DNA from: a virus
Taxonomy: Duplodnaviria; Caudoviricetes
Strand: one strand, 5' to 3'
Length of the DNA: 27,068 nucleotides
Virus record (IMG/VR): IMGVR_UViG_3300007735_000558
Location: 1 to 27,068 of that record
Each line of letters begins with the position of its first letter. Position 1 is the stretch's first letter. A program made the translations under genes and the position numbers. Shown piece by piece: positions 13,433-21,656 of this stretch. The notes beneath the pieces are model-generated. The model searched no databases and was not told where the DNA came from. It saw only the letters and a list, made by a program, of their open reading frames with translations.

Positions 13433-13756
13433 ATGACAATCTCTAACCCTTCTTTTCCCCCTGCTGACGATCTACTGAACTGGATAGAGTCCACAGACTG
13501 GGCCGCAATCGCTGACCAGTTGCTGACAGTGGCGCTATACATTGTGGCCACGTGCCATGCCCTGGCGGTGCTAGCTGCCCCCCACGTTGCGGCAGCGCTG
13601 CGGACCGTCGCGGCCCGGCTGGAGTACACAAGCCCAGCCCCAACGCCTAGTCTGGGGGCCACGGTGCAGCGGCGCCTAGCTGCCGGAGAATCACAGCGAA
13701 GTATTGCTCGCAGCCTTGGCGTATCGCGCCATGCTGTAGCACGGTGGGCGATCTAG
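13433..13756 (+). CDS. Protein with hydrophobic central helix and C-terminal helix-turn-helix
   Basis: LLTVALYIVATCHALAVLAA; GESQRSIARSLGVSRHAVARW. Confidence 0.75.
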   Translation: MTISNPSFPPADDLLNWIESTDWAAIADQLLTVALYIVATCHALAVLAAPHVAAALRTVAARLEYTSPAPTPSLGATVQRRLAAGESQRSIARSLGVSRHAVARWAI

Positions 13757-13954
13757 ACCCATGAGACTAGGGGGCCCACCGGCCCCCACCAATCCGGGGG
13801 GGGGAGTAGCGAATTCTGGCGGCGCAAGACGGGGTACCGGGAACCTCCTGGTATATCTGAGAACTCATCTACTGTAGCACACTAAGCCAGGGCAGGGGGC
13901 AGGGGTCGAAATCTGTAATGTAGTATTTCAGTAGCGTAAAAAGTATTACACAAC

Positions 13955-15202
13955 TTGGCTGGAACGTTTCCACTAAACCTCCGCTACGCCCAGGGGCAGG
14001 TATTCAAGGCCCGAAACCGCTTCCGTGTGCTGGTCGCAGGCCGTCGTTTCGGCAAGTCCTACCTGTCGTGCATCGAACTTTTGCGTGGAGCGATTGAACG
14101 CCCCGGCGAAACGTTCTTTTACGCCGCCCCAACGTACAGAATGGCCAAAGATATTGCATGGAAAGTCCTAAAGAAGCTGGTCCCCAAACAATGGATCAAA
14201 AGTAAGAACGAAACCGACCTAAAACTGGAACTTGTCAATGGCTCCACGATTGAATTAAAGGGCACAGAGAACGCAATGGCTCTCCGTGGCCGCTCACTCG
14301 CGGGCGTCGTCCTCGACGAAGCCGCATTCATGGATTCCGAAGTCTGGTTCGAGGTAATTCGCCCCGCTTTGGCCGACAAACAGGGCTGGGCCCTTTTCAT
14401 CTCCACCCCGAGTGGGACGGCCTCATGGTTTTACGACCTCTGGTGCTACTGCGAGCAGGGCGATACCGACTGGCAGCGCTGGCAGTTTACCACAATCGAG
14501 GGCGACAACGTTCCAGCGACCGAAATCGAGGCTGCCCGCGCTCAACTCGACCCTCGCACCTTCCGCCAAGAGTTCGAGGCCTCCTTCGAGAACCTCACCG
14601 GCCTGGTCGCAAACTCCTTCAGCGATGCCAACATCTCCGAGCTGGCACGCGACATCCCAATCCTGCCCCTCCACATCGGCGTGGATTTCAACGTCGATCC
14701 AATGTCCGGCGTCGTCGCCGTAAAACACGACGACCTGTTGTATGTTTTTGACGAAATTGTGCTCACCGGCGGCGCCACCACCTGGGATTTCTGCGAGGAA
14801 ATCACCCGCCGCTACGGCTTGGATCGCCGCATTGTAACTTGCCCCGACCCCACTGGCGGCGCCCGCAAAACCGCCGGTGTCGGCGCCACTGACCACGCCA
14901 TCCTCCGCAAATCCGGCTTCACCGTCTCCACACCCCGCTCCCCCTGGAAAATCCGCGACAAAATCACCTGCGTCAACACCGCCCTCCTCGATGCAGCTGG
15001 AACGCGCCGCCTCTTAATCCACCCGCGCTGCAAAAACCTAATCAAATCCCTCCGCACACTCACCTACACCGAAAACACGGGCTTACCTAACAAAAACTTG
15101 GGCGTAGACCACAGTTTCGACGCGCTCGGCTACATGTGCCTACAAGTATTCAACCTCTGCAAACCCGAAACGCTTGGAACAACAACCTTCCGCACCTATT
15201 GA
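13955..15202 (+). CDS. terL: Terminase large subunit
   Basis: Walker A AGRRFGKS, APTY, LRG...Walker B VVLDEAA, motif III ISTP, nuclease GVDFN.DP and DHSFDALGY. TTG start. Confidence 0.95.
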   Translation: MAGTFPLNLRYAQGQVFKARNRFRVLVAGRRFGKSYLSCIELLRGAIERPGETFFYAAPTYRMAKDIAWKVLKKLVPKQWIKSKNETDLKLELVNGSTIELKGTENAMALRGRSLAGVVLDEAAFMDSEVWFEVIRPALADKQGWALFISTPSGTASWFYDLWCYCEQGDTDWQRWQFTTIEGDNVPATEIEAARAQLDPRTFRQEFEASFENLTGLVANSFSDANISELARDIPILPLHIGVDFNVDPMSGVVAVKHDDLLYVFDEIVLTGGATTWDFCEEITRRYGLDRRIVTCPDPTGGARKTAGVGATDHAILRKSGFTVSTPRSPWKIRDKITCVNTALLDAAGTRRLLIHPRCKNLIKSLRTLTYTENTGLPNKNLGVDHSFDALGYMCLQVFNLCKPETLGTTTFRTY

Positions 15203-15233
15203 CGGTAGACTAAGCCCAGCCCCGCATATCGCC

Positions 15234-15431
15234 ATGGCCCCTAAAAAGCCCACCAAAGCCCAGAAAAAGGTGGCAAAGGTGATGCGCGAGTACAAGGAAG
15301 GTAAACTCCATAGCGGCAGCAAAGAAGGCCCCGTAGTAACCAACCCAGCGCAAGCCCGCGCCATCGCCCTCTCCGAAGCCGGACTGGCACGCCCCAAGAA
15401 AACCGCCAAGAAAACCCTCAAAAAGAAATGA
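15234..15431 (+). CDS. Small basic protein, DUF6496-like
   Basis: KVAKVMREYKEGKLHSG...V.N..QA.AIALSEA; ATG at 15234. Confidence 0.8.
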   Translation: MAPKKPTKAQKKVAKVMREYKEGKLHSGSKEGPVVTNPAQARAIALSEAGLARPKKTAKKTLKKK

Positions 15432-15610
15432 AGGATGTAACCGCGGCAATCGCCGAGGGTCAATGCACCCACCTCACCATCGACGCCGAGGAAGGAACAA
15501 CCACAGTAACGATGGTCTTCCCCACTCCCGACAGCGCCTACAGCATCGCCTCCCTAGTCCACCGCCTAGTAACAGGCATCGAAGTCCTAGTCAACGTTGA
15601 GGAAGAGTAA
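15428..15610 (+). CDS. Hypothetical protein
   Basis: Coupled at both ends (ATGA, TAATG). Confidence 0.7.
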   Translation: MKDVTAAIAEGQCTHLTIDAEEGTTTVTMVFPTPDSAYSIASLVHRLVTGIEVLVNVEEE

Positions 15611-15978
15611 TGACCCTCGACGGTGGAGTCATATACGACGGCGAACTATCAATCTGGGACTTAGGTAGCCGCACCAGTACTGGATTCTTTACGGTAAATG
15701 AGGCCGTAGGTCGTGATGCCGCCTTTCAAGTAACAGTAACCGGCCTAACAGGCGGTGGAAAGCAAGCTGTATTTGATTTCGATGCCTCTCTGGACGGAAC
15801 AAGTTGGGGCCACGTCACAGTAGCGGTCAAGAAAACCGGCGATGCTAGCACGATAGACACAGATGGAACTTACATGTATTACGTGCAGGACCAGCCATAC
15901 CGGTACATTCGAGTTCACCTCCTAACACTGACTAGCACAAGTACAGCTACGGTATCTGTCAAACTAGGGTCGATGTAA
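15610..15978 (+). CDS. Hypothetical beta-rich protein, possibly virion-associated
   Basis: ASLDGTSW...YRYIRV pattern of a small jelly-roll-like domain; lies in the head operon. Confidence 0.65.
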   Translation: MTLDGGVIYDGELSIWDLGSRTSTGFFTVNEAVGRDAAFQVTVTGLTGGGKQAVFDFDASLDGTSWGHVTVAVKKTGDASTIDTDGTYMYYVQDQPYRYIRVHLLTLTSTSTATVSVKLGSM

Positions 15979-15987
15979 CAGAATCCA

Positions 15988-17529
15988 ATGACCTACACCG
16001 TTCCCGGCCAGATCCGCACAAATATCGTAAGCAGTAGCTACCTAGGCGACGGCGACTCCCCATTTACACGCACCCAAGCCACGCTGGACATGATCCGCGG
16101 CTGGGAAGTAATGAAAGCCGTCACCCTCGGCACCGAATACCTCCGAGACAACAGCCAAACCTTCCTCCCCAAAGAGCCCCGCGAAGATTACGACGCCTAC
16201 CTAGGCCGCGTAAACCGCTCCATCTTCTCCCCCTACACCCAACGACTGGTACGCGCAGCCGCTGGTCTAATCCTCCGCAAACCAATCACACTAGAAGGTC
16301 CCGATTACTGGCACGAGTTTGCCGAAAATGTCGATGGTGGTGGCTCAGACCTCGACGAGTTTGCCCGCCGCCTAGTTCTGTGCTCCCTGACTTATGGTCA
16401 CGGCAACGTTCTAGTCGATTATCCAGCACCCACAGCAGCCCTAAGTCTTGCTGAAGAACGCCTACAAGGCCGTCGTCCATACTGGCTCGAAATAGACCCC
16501 GCCAATGTATATGGTTGGCGCCTAAACCGCGATGCAGACTACGGAGCACTGGAGCAAGTCCGAATCCACGAACAAGCCGTCGTACCCGAGGGCAAATTCG
16601 GCGAATGCGTCTACAACCAAATCCGCGTAATCTACCCAGGCCGCTACGAAGTTTACCGCCAGACCCAAGCTCGAACCAGTCAAAACGTAAACCCCGTATA
16701 CTCCAGCGGCCCCTTATTCAACGACCAAAACGCCTCATATGAGTTGGTCGATTCCGGCACTTACAGCCTGAACAGCATTCCATTCGTCACTACCTACTCC
16801 AACAAAATTGACACACTGGTAAGCCGCCCACCAATGCTGGACGTGGCGTACATCAACCTCGCCCACTACCAGCGTCAAGCGGACCTAATCCACTCCCTCC
16901 ACGTCGCCTCGCAACCCCTGCTAATTCTTGAGGGCTGGGACGACCAGACCAAGGACATGGCAGTTGGAGTGAACTACGCGATTGCGACCCAGCCTGGCAA
17001 CAAGGTGTACTACGTCGAGCCTGCATCGAGCGCATTCGAGGCGCAATCGAACGAAATCCGCGAATTGCAGCAGCAGATGGCAAGTCTCGGCATCGCCACA
17101 CTGAGCCAGCAGAAGTTCGTTGCAGAGTCTGCTGACGCTCGCCGCCTAGACAAGGTGGACACGAACTCAATGCTGGCGGCAGTTTCCCTCGATTTAGAGC
17201 AAACTTTGCAGCAGTGCTTCGACATAAGCGCCGAGTACCTCGGATTGGAAGCCCCGAAAATCCATATCGACCGCGACTTCGACATCAACCGCCTAATCGG
17301 CCAGGATATTGCGGCCCTGACTGTGCTGTTCGAGAAGGGCGTTATTACCCGAGAGGAATATCGCCTGATGCTGGCCCAAGGCGAGGTAATGCCCTCCATG
17401 CAACTCGGCTCCCTCCCATCCGAGGAACCTGGAACGGAAGCCGAAGGCACCACTGTAGAGAATCCACCAGCGAGCGAGGAACCAATGCCTCAGGAAGATG
17501 TATCTAGTGTTGATACACTTAGTGCGTAG
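15988..17529 (+). CDS. Portal protein (DUF4055-type)
   Basis: LPKEPRE...Y..R, NVDG.G..LD.F, YG...VLVDYP, IPFV...PP.LD.A.INLAHYQ..AD..H.LH; follows terL. Confidence 0.9.
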   Translation: MTYTVPGQIRTNIVSSSYLGDGDSPFTRTQATLDMIRGWEVMKAVTLGTEYLRDNSQTFLPKEPREDYDAYLGRVNRSIFSPYTQRLVRAAAGLILRKPITLEGPDYWHEFAENVDGGGSDLDEFARRLVLCSLTYGHGNVLVDYPAPTAALSLAEERLQGRRPYWLEIDPANVYGWRLNRDADYGALEQVRIHEQAVVPEGKFGECVYNQIRVIYPGRYEVYRQTQARTSQNVNPVYSSGPLFNDQNASYELVDSGTYSLNSIPFVTTYSNKIDTLVSRPPMLDVAYINLAHYQRQADLIHSLHVASQPLLILEGWDDQTKDMAVGVNYAIATQPGNKVYYVEPASSAFEAQSNEIRELQQQMASLGIATLSQQKFVAESADARRLDKVDTNSMLAAVSLDLEQTLQQCFDISAEYLGLEAPKIHIDRDFDINRLIGQDIAALTVLFEKGVITREEYRLMLAQGEVMPSMQLGSLPSEEPGTEAEGTTVENPPASEEPMPQEDVSSVDTLSA

Positions 17530-17543
17530 TAATTCATTTTTCG

Positions 17544-17735
17544 ATGGCCAAGTCCCTCGACAAGGTTCTACAGGCCGATGGCTCCTACAAATGGGAGCTA
17601 GTCGAACTTAACAGCGAATACATCAAGTCGCTGGAAAGCCCTGCCGAACCGGCTGCCCCCGCACAGTGCCCTGCTGTTGCGCCGTTGCAGTGCCCAGCGC
17701 CCACCCGTAAAACCCGCAAACCCACCGAGATCTGA
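17544..17735 (+). CDS. Hypothetical protein with Pro/Ala-rich tail
   Basis: 63-aa ORF coupled to the scaffold gene (TGATG); TGATACACT extended -10 candidate at 17511-17519. Confidence 0.7.
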   Translation: MAKSLDKVLQADGSYKWELVELNSEYIKSLESPAEPAAPAQCPAVAPLQCPAPTRKTRKPTEI

Positions 17736-18448
17736 TGCAAGAACTGGTACTAGAGACGCCAGTGGCGCCTCCCGAGCAGCCCGTGGCCGCTCCCACCGAA
17801 CCTAGCCCCGACATTTCAGCCCTCCAAGCTGACTACGAGGCTCGCATCGCAAGTCTTACCAGTCAAGCCACCGAAGCCGAAGAACGTTTCCTCGGTCTAA
17901 AGGCCAAGCTGGACGAGGTGTACAAGAAACAGGATGAAAAGCGCAAGCAAACCCTCCAAGACCAAGGCCAGTGGAAAGACCTCTGGGAAGAGGCCAACCG
18001 CACCGCCCAAGAAAAGGACATCCGCATTTCCGACCTGGAGCGTCAAATCGACGATCTCCGCAGCAGCACCGAAGCCGCCGCGACCCGCACCAGTGCAATG
18101 GCCGCAATCAGCAATGCCGGAGCCATCAACGCGGAGCAAATGCTCCAACTACTCCAATCCAACCTACGCAAAAATGAGGCTGGCTCGGTTGTAATTTTAA
18201 ATGGCGGTGTCGAGCAAGACATTGCTACTTATCTAACCAATCTTCGCAATCCCGGCTCAGGTTTTGAGCACCATTTCAAACCCGCTGGAACCGCTGGAAT
18301 GGGCGCAAAACCCACTCCAACAGCAACGGTGGCCCCTGGGATGGTGAATCCATGGAAAGCGGGATCGGTTAACATTACAAAGCAGATGCAAATTTCTGCC
18401 ACCGACCCCGATCTTGCAGCAGTGCTGAAGCGTGAGGCCGGAATCTAA
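17735..18448 (+). CDS. Capsid scaffolding protein
   Basis: Disordered N-terminus, long coiled coil, C-terminal G.GA...NPW...N.TKQ...P.LA..L motif; directly before the capsid gene. Confidence 0.8.
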   Translation: MQELVLETPVAPPEQPVAAPTEPSPDISALQADYEARIASLTSQATEAEERFLGLKAKLDEVYKKQDEKRKQTLQDQGQWKDLWEEANRTAQEKDIRISDLERQIDDLRSSTEAAATRTSAMAAISNAGAINAEQMLQLLQSNLRKNEAGSVVILNGGVEQDIATYLTNLRNPGSGFEHHFKPAGTAGMGAKPTPTATVAPGMVNPWKAGSVNITKQMQISATDPDLAAVLKREAGI

Positions 18449-18492
18449 GTCTCTGTGAGATTGCCCAAGTCCGTGACTGGGACCCGCAAACC
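18448..18492 (+). promoter_or_regulatory. Structured capsid leader: two triloop hairpins plus CCCGCAAACC
   Basis: AGTCTC-tgt-GAGATT and CCCAAGTC-cgt-GACTGGG, followed by CCCGCAAACC. Confidence 0.6.
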
Positions 18493-18511
18493 CCAACCCT
18501 GAGGCCCTTCA

Positions 18512-19591
18512 ATGGCTGCTCCTTTCCAGAACTATTCAGGCGGTGTCCTTCTCGCGGACATCGTAAAGCGCAATAACCTCAGCACCTATGTGTCTGAGGC
18601 GATCCTCGAACGCTCCTTGTTCATCAAGAGCGGCATCGTTACTCGCAACAGCCTGCTGGATTCCACCTCTGGTGGCACCCGCATTCAAGTTCCCGAGTTC
18701 AACCCCATCACTCCTACCGAGGAGATCATGGATGGCACAGCAACCTGGGGCACCAGCACTGCTGGCTACCTGACCCCCCAAAAGATCGGCACCGGCACTC
18801 AAATTGCCTCGATCTGCCACCGCGGTTTTGCTTATGCGGTTGACGACGTAGCCGTTCTGGCTGCGGGCGAAGACCCCATGCTGCACATCCGCAACCAGCT
18901 GGCCGACGCCATCAACAAGCTGAACAGCACCCGTTTGTTCTGCCAACTGTCCGGCCTGTTCGCCAGCGCATTGTCCGCCAATGCCCTGAACGTTGCTAAC
19001 GCTGCTGCCTCCGGCGCAACCGAAGCCAACTATCTGACTGGCGCGACCATTGCCCGTGTTCGCAGCTTGCTCGGCGAACGTGGCGATGAAGTTGACACCA
19101 TAGTTGTCCACCCTTCCGTGGGCTTCTACCTGTACCAAGTCGGTCTGCTGACCTTCTCCACCTCCTCTCTCGCAGCCTCCGGCTCCGTGATCTGGGGCGG
19201 CGGCGGTGTTGGTGTTAATGCCCGCACTATCGGCGAATTCGCCGGTTGCCGCGTGGTAATCGATCCCCAAGTGAACGTTGTCGCCCCTGGCGCTGGCGGT
19301 CACCAACGTGCGTTCTATTGCTACCTCACCAAGTCAGGAAGCATCCTGGAAGGTGTACAGCAAGAACTGCGGATCGAAGCCGACCGCAACATCCTCTCCA
19401 AGCAGGATGTGCTCTCTGTTGATTACCACACCGCCTATCACGTGATGGGCACCAAGTGGAACAGCAACAGCGACAACCCCACCAACGCAGCCCTCGCCAC
19501 TTCCGGCAACTGGGCTGCCACCTACGACATTGACCTGATCCCCATCGCTCGCGTCACTGTCAACAGCCCCCTCGACACCTCCACCATCTGA
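18512..19591 (+). CDS. Major capsid protein
   Basis: 359 aa, strongly biased codons, GG.RI.VP.F...LTP.KI...Q...RG.A.A.DD.A.LA.G.DPM..I..Q; between scaffold and terminator. Confidence 0.9.
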   Translation: MAAPFQNYSGGVLLADIVKRNNLSTYVSEAILERSLFIKSGIVTRNSLLDSTSGGTRIQVPEFNPITPTEEIMDGTATWGTSTAGYLTPQKIGTGTQIASICHRGFAYAVDDVAVLAAGEDPMLHIRNQLADAINKLNSTRLFCQLSGLFASALSANALNVANAAASGATEANYLTGATIARVRSLLGERGDEVDTIVVHPSVGFYLYQVGLLTFSTSSLAASGSVIWGGGGVGVNARTIGEFAGCRVVIDPQVNVVAPGAGGHQRAFYCYLTKSGSILEGVQQELRIEADRNILSKQDVLSVDYHTAYHVMGTKWNSNSDNPTNAALATSGNWAATYDIDLIPIARVTVNSPLDTSTI

Positions 19592-19615
19592 TCTCGATCA
19601 GCTGGAGCGTCTCTC

Positions 19616-19642
19616 AGCCTCACCTTCGGGTGGGGCTTTTTT
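19616..19642 (+). terminator. Rho-independent terminator
   Basis: AGCCTCACC-ttcg-GGTGGGGCT plus T run. Confidence 0.9.
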
Positions 19643-19675
19643 AATGTCCTAAACTGTATTAGCCTTACCAGTTTC

Positions 19676-20206
19676 GTGGCCGCAGTCATCACCGCTACGC
19701 TGAGCAGCGCGACTGCCAACAGCTACGCCACGTTGGCTGCTGCCAACACATATTTTGAGACCGTCCCAGATTCCAGCGGCTGGGACAACAAAACAACCGA
19801 CCAAAAGAACCGCGCCCTAATCGCAGCCACCCGCTGGATCGACAGTCTGAATTACTACGGGGTGCGTTGCGACGAAAACCAAGCACTGAAGTGGCCCCGT
19901 AACAATTACGTCGCAGACGGCGTAACGCTGGACTGTGACAGCATCCCAAATGCCATTCTGTACGCCCAGTTCGAGCTGGCGCTTGCCATTGCAAATAACA
20001 CCGCTTCTATCACGGGCAACACCGGCACCACTGGCTTGTACGACGAAGTGGAGTTGGGCGATCTCAGGGTGAAATACAACAGCACATCCCAGTCAAACGG
20101 TCCGGTCAACAATGTGTTTGACGTGTACCCATGGCTGCAATCCCACCTTGGCCCCTACGTCCTTGGCGGCGCAGACGGCTACCAAGTCCGTGTAACCCGA
20201 GGATGA
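19676..20206 (+). CDS. Head-tail adaptor (DnaT-like phage family)
   Basis: ANSY.T.A.A..YF...W...K.RALI.ATR.ID...G.R....QAL.WPR...IP..I..AQ.ELA. GTG start. Confidence 0.8.
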   Translation: MAAVITATLSSATANSYATLAAANTYFETVPDSSGWDNKTTDQKNRALIAATRWIDSLNYYGVRCDENQALKWPRNNYVADGVTLDCDSIPNAILYAQFELALAIANNTASITGNTGTTGLYDEVELGDLRVKYNSTSQSNGPVNNVFDVYPWLQSHLGPYVLGGADGYQVRVTRG

Positions 20207-20207
20207 C

Positions 20208-20582
20208 ATGAGCCTAACCGACGACACCTTCGCCCTAATCCCCGCCCCCATAATCGAAAAATGGGGCAGCACAATCACGTACTTAACATCCGGCACCGAC
20301 ACCTACAACACATCGACTGGAACGGTCAGCACAAGCGACACCACCTCCACCTTCAAGGCTCTCGTCACCGCGGTAAACCCCAAGGAATATGACGGCCTGT
20401 ACCAAGTCCAGGATCTCAAGGTAATCATACCTGCCAGCTACCTACCTTCCTATTACCCCACAATCCGCGACCGCATCCAGTATTCGGAGGCTGGAACGAC
20501 CCGCGAAGCCCGGATCATCGACATCAAGAGCTACCGCGGCGACAACCCAATCATGCACGTCCTAATCGTGAGGCCGCAGTAA
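20208..20582 (+). CDS. Head-closure (stopper) protein
   Basis: 124 aa beta-rich, G..ITY...YN.STG...DLKV.I; gene order. Confidence 0.7.
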   Translation: MSLTDDTFALIPAPIIEKWGSTITYLTSGTDTYNTSTGTVSTSDTTSTFKALVTAVNPKEYDGLYQVQDLKVIIPASYLPSYYPTIRDRIQYSEAGTTREARIIDIKSYRGDNPIMHVLIVRPQ

Positions 20583-21154
20583 TGGCACTTGGATTTGGTA
20601 AAAAGTTTGGCCAGTTGCTCAAGGATCTTGATCTTGTAGCCACGTCAGTATTTAGTGCCGGACCCACAAACGCCGCCACCCGCATTGTGCGTGACCTCCA
20701 AGATGCGGGCCCTAGTTGGACTGGGGAGTTTTCCAACTCTTGGCAAATCCAAGGCCCAAGCAACACCGTGTCCGGCACGGGTCAACCTGGGGAGCCCCGT
20801 CGCCTCACCGCAATTTTGCTGACCGGTAAAGAACTGCTGAGCAAGCCCGAAATAAAGTACAGTATTGGCAATTTTGCAGAACACGCCAATATTGCCCGTG
20901 ACTTGGAGCCTCGCAGCGGGTGGATTCGTCCAGGCGGAGAACCTCAGACACAGAAAGGTCTAAGAGCTTGGGCCCAGTCCGATAAGGGTCGCGCTAATCC
21001 CAGTTTGCGTGGTGAAATAGGTGGCGGGTCAGCAGAGGGTGAATCCAGTCGCACCGCCCCACTCGACTGGTTCTCCTCCTACATAAACGGCGGGCAGTTT
21101 AACAAAGCGATCCAGATCGAAATGGATCGTGTAATGAAGGACCTACCCAAATGA
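20582..21154 (+). CDS. Neck/tail-completion protein (HK97 gp10-like)
   Basis: GPSWTG.F.NSW...IGN...HA motif; gene order. Confidence 0.65.
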   Translation: MALGFGKKFGQLLKDLDLVATSVFSAGPTNAATRIVRDLQDAGPSWTGEFSNSWQIQGPSNTVSGTGQPGEPRRLTAILLTGKELLSKPEIKYSIGNFAEHANIARDLEPRSGWIRPGGEPQTQKGLRAWAQSDKGRANPSLRGEIGGGSAEGESSRTAPLDWFSSYINGGQFNKAIQIEMDRVMKDLPK

Positions 21155-21585
21155 ACTATCAATCAGTCCGTGCCGCTTACGAGGTCCCAATTGCTGCAGC
21201 TTGTGCTGCGCTGAGCCCTGCCATTCCGGTCTATTTTGATAACGTAGTCACCGCCGCGCCCCAAAGCACAAGTTCCTTTGTCATCGTCAACATCTCCTTC
21301 GGACTTACAACCGAGCCAGTCCTCATCCAAGACATCAACCACATTCGCGGCTCCATCGTGTGTCGAATCCATACCCCAAAAGGAAAAGGCACTGGAGCGT
21401 CTCAAACGATTGCATCAGCTATTACTGGCGCACTCCAAACCCTCAACGCAACCGCCCGTGCCCCAGGCCCTAGCGTCCACGCACGAGTAGGTCCAATCAA
21501 CGGCCCCACATTCTCAGCCCCCGACAGTTTTCCGCATCTGCTGGGACGTTTCGATTGCCCATTTATGGCTACAGTATTGACTTGA
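21151..21585 (+). CDS. Tail terminator protein
   Basis: IPV.FDN...RG.I...I.TPKG.G; directly before the tail tube gene. Confidence 0.7.
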   Translation: MNYQSVRAAYEVPIAAACAALSPAIPVYFDNVVTAAPQSTSSFVIVNISFGLTTEPVLIQDINHIRGSIVCRIHTPKGKGTGASQTIASAITGALQTLNATARAPGPSVHARVGPINGPTFSAPDSFPHLLGRFDCPFMATVLT

Positions 21586-21604
21586 TCCATACAAATCGCG
21601 TCGT

Positions 21605-21641
21605 TGCTACCATATAAATAGTCGGGCTGCGCCCGCAAACC
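21605..21641 (+). promoter_or_regulatory. Extended -10 candidate, triloop hairpin and CCCGCAAACC upstream of the tail tube gene
   Basis: TG-C-TACCAT (21605-21613); CGGGC-tgc-GCCCG (21623-21635); CCCGCAAACC (21632-21641). Confidence 0.6.
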
Positions 21642-21656
21642 GTTGCCCCCGTTTCC

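Noticed and set aside
19676-20206. DnaT-like label implying a replication role
   Set aside because: Position directly after the capsid gene and before the stopper fits a head-tail adaptor.
14119-21638. Minus-strand and alternate-frame ORFs over structural genes (e.g. 18536..19306, 14423..14896)
   Set aside because: Shadow ORFs expected from biased codon usage; they fully overlap well-supported genes.
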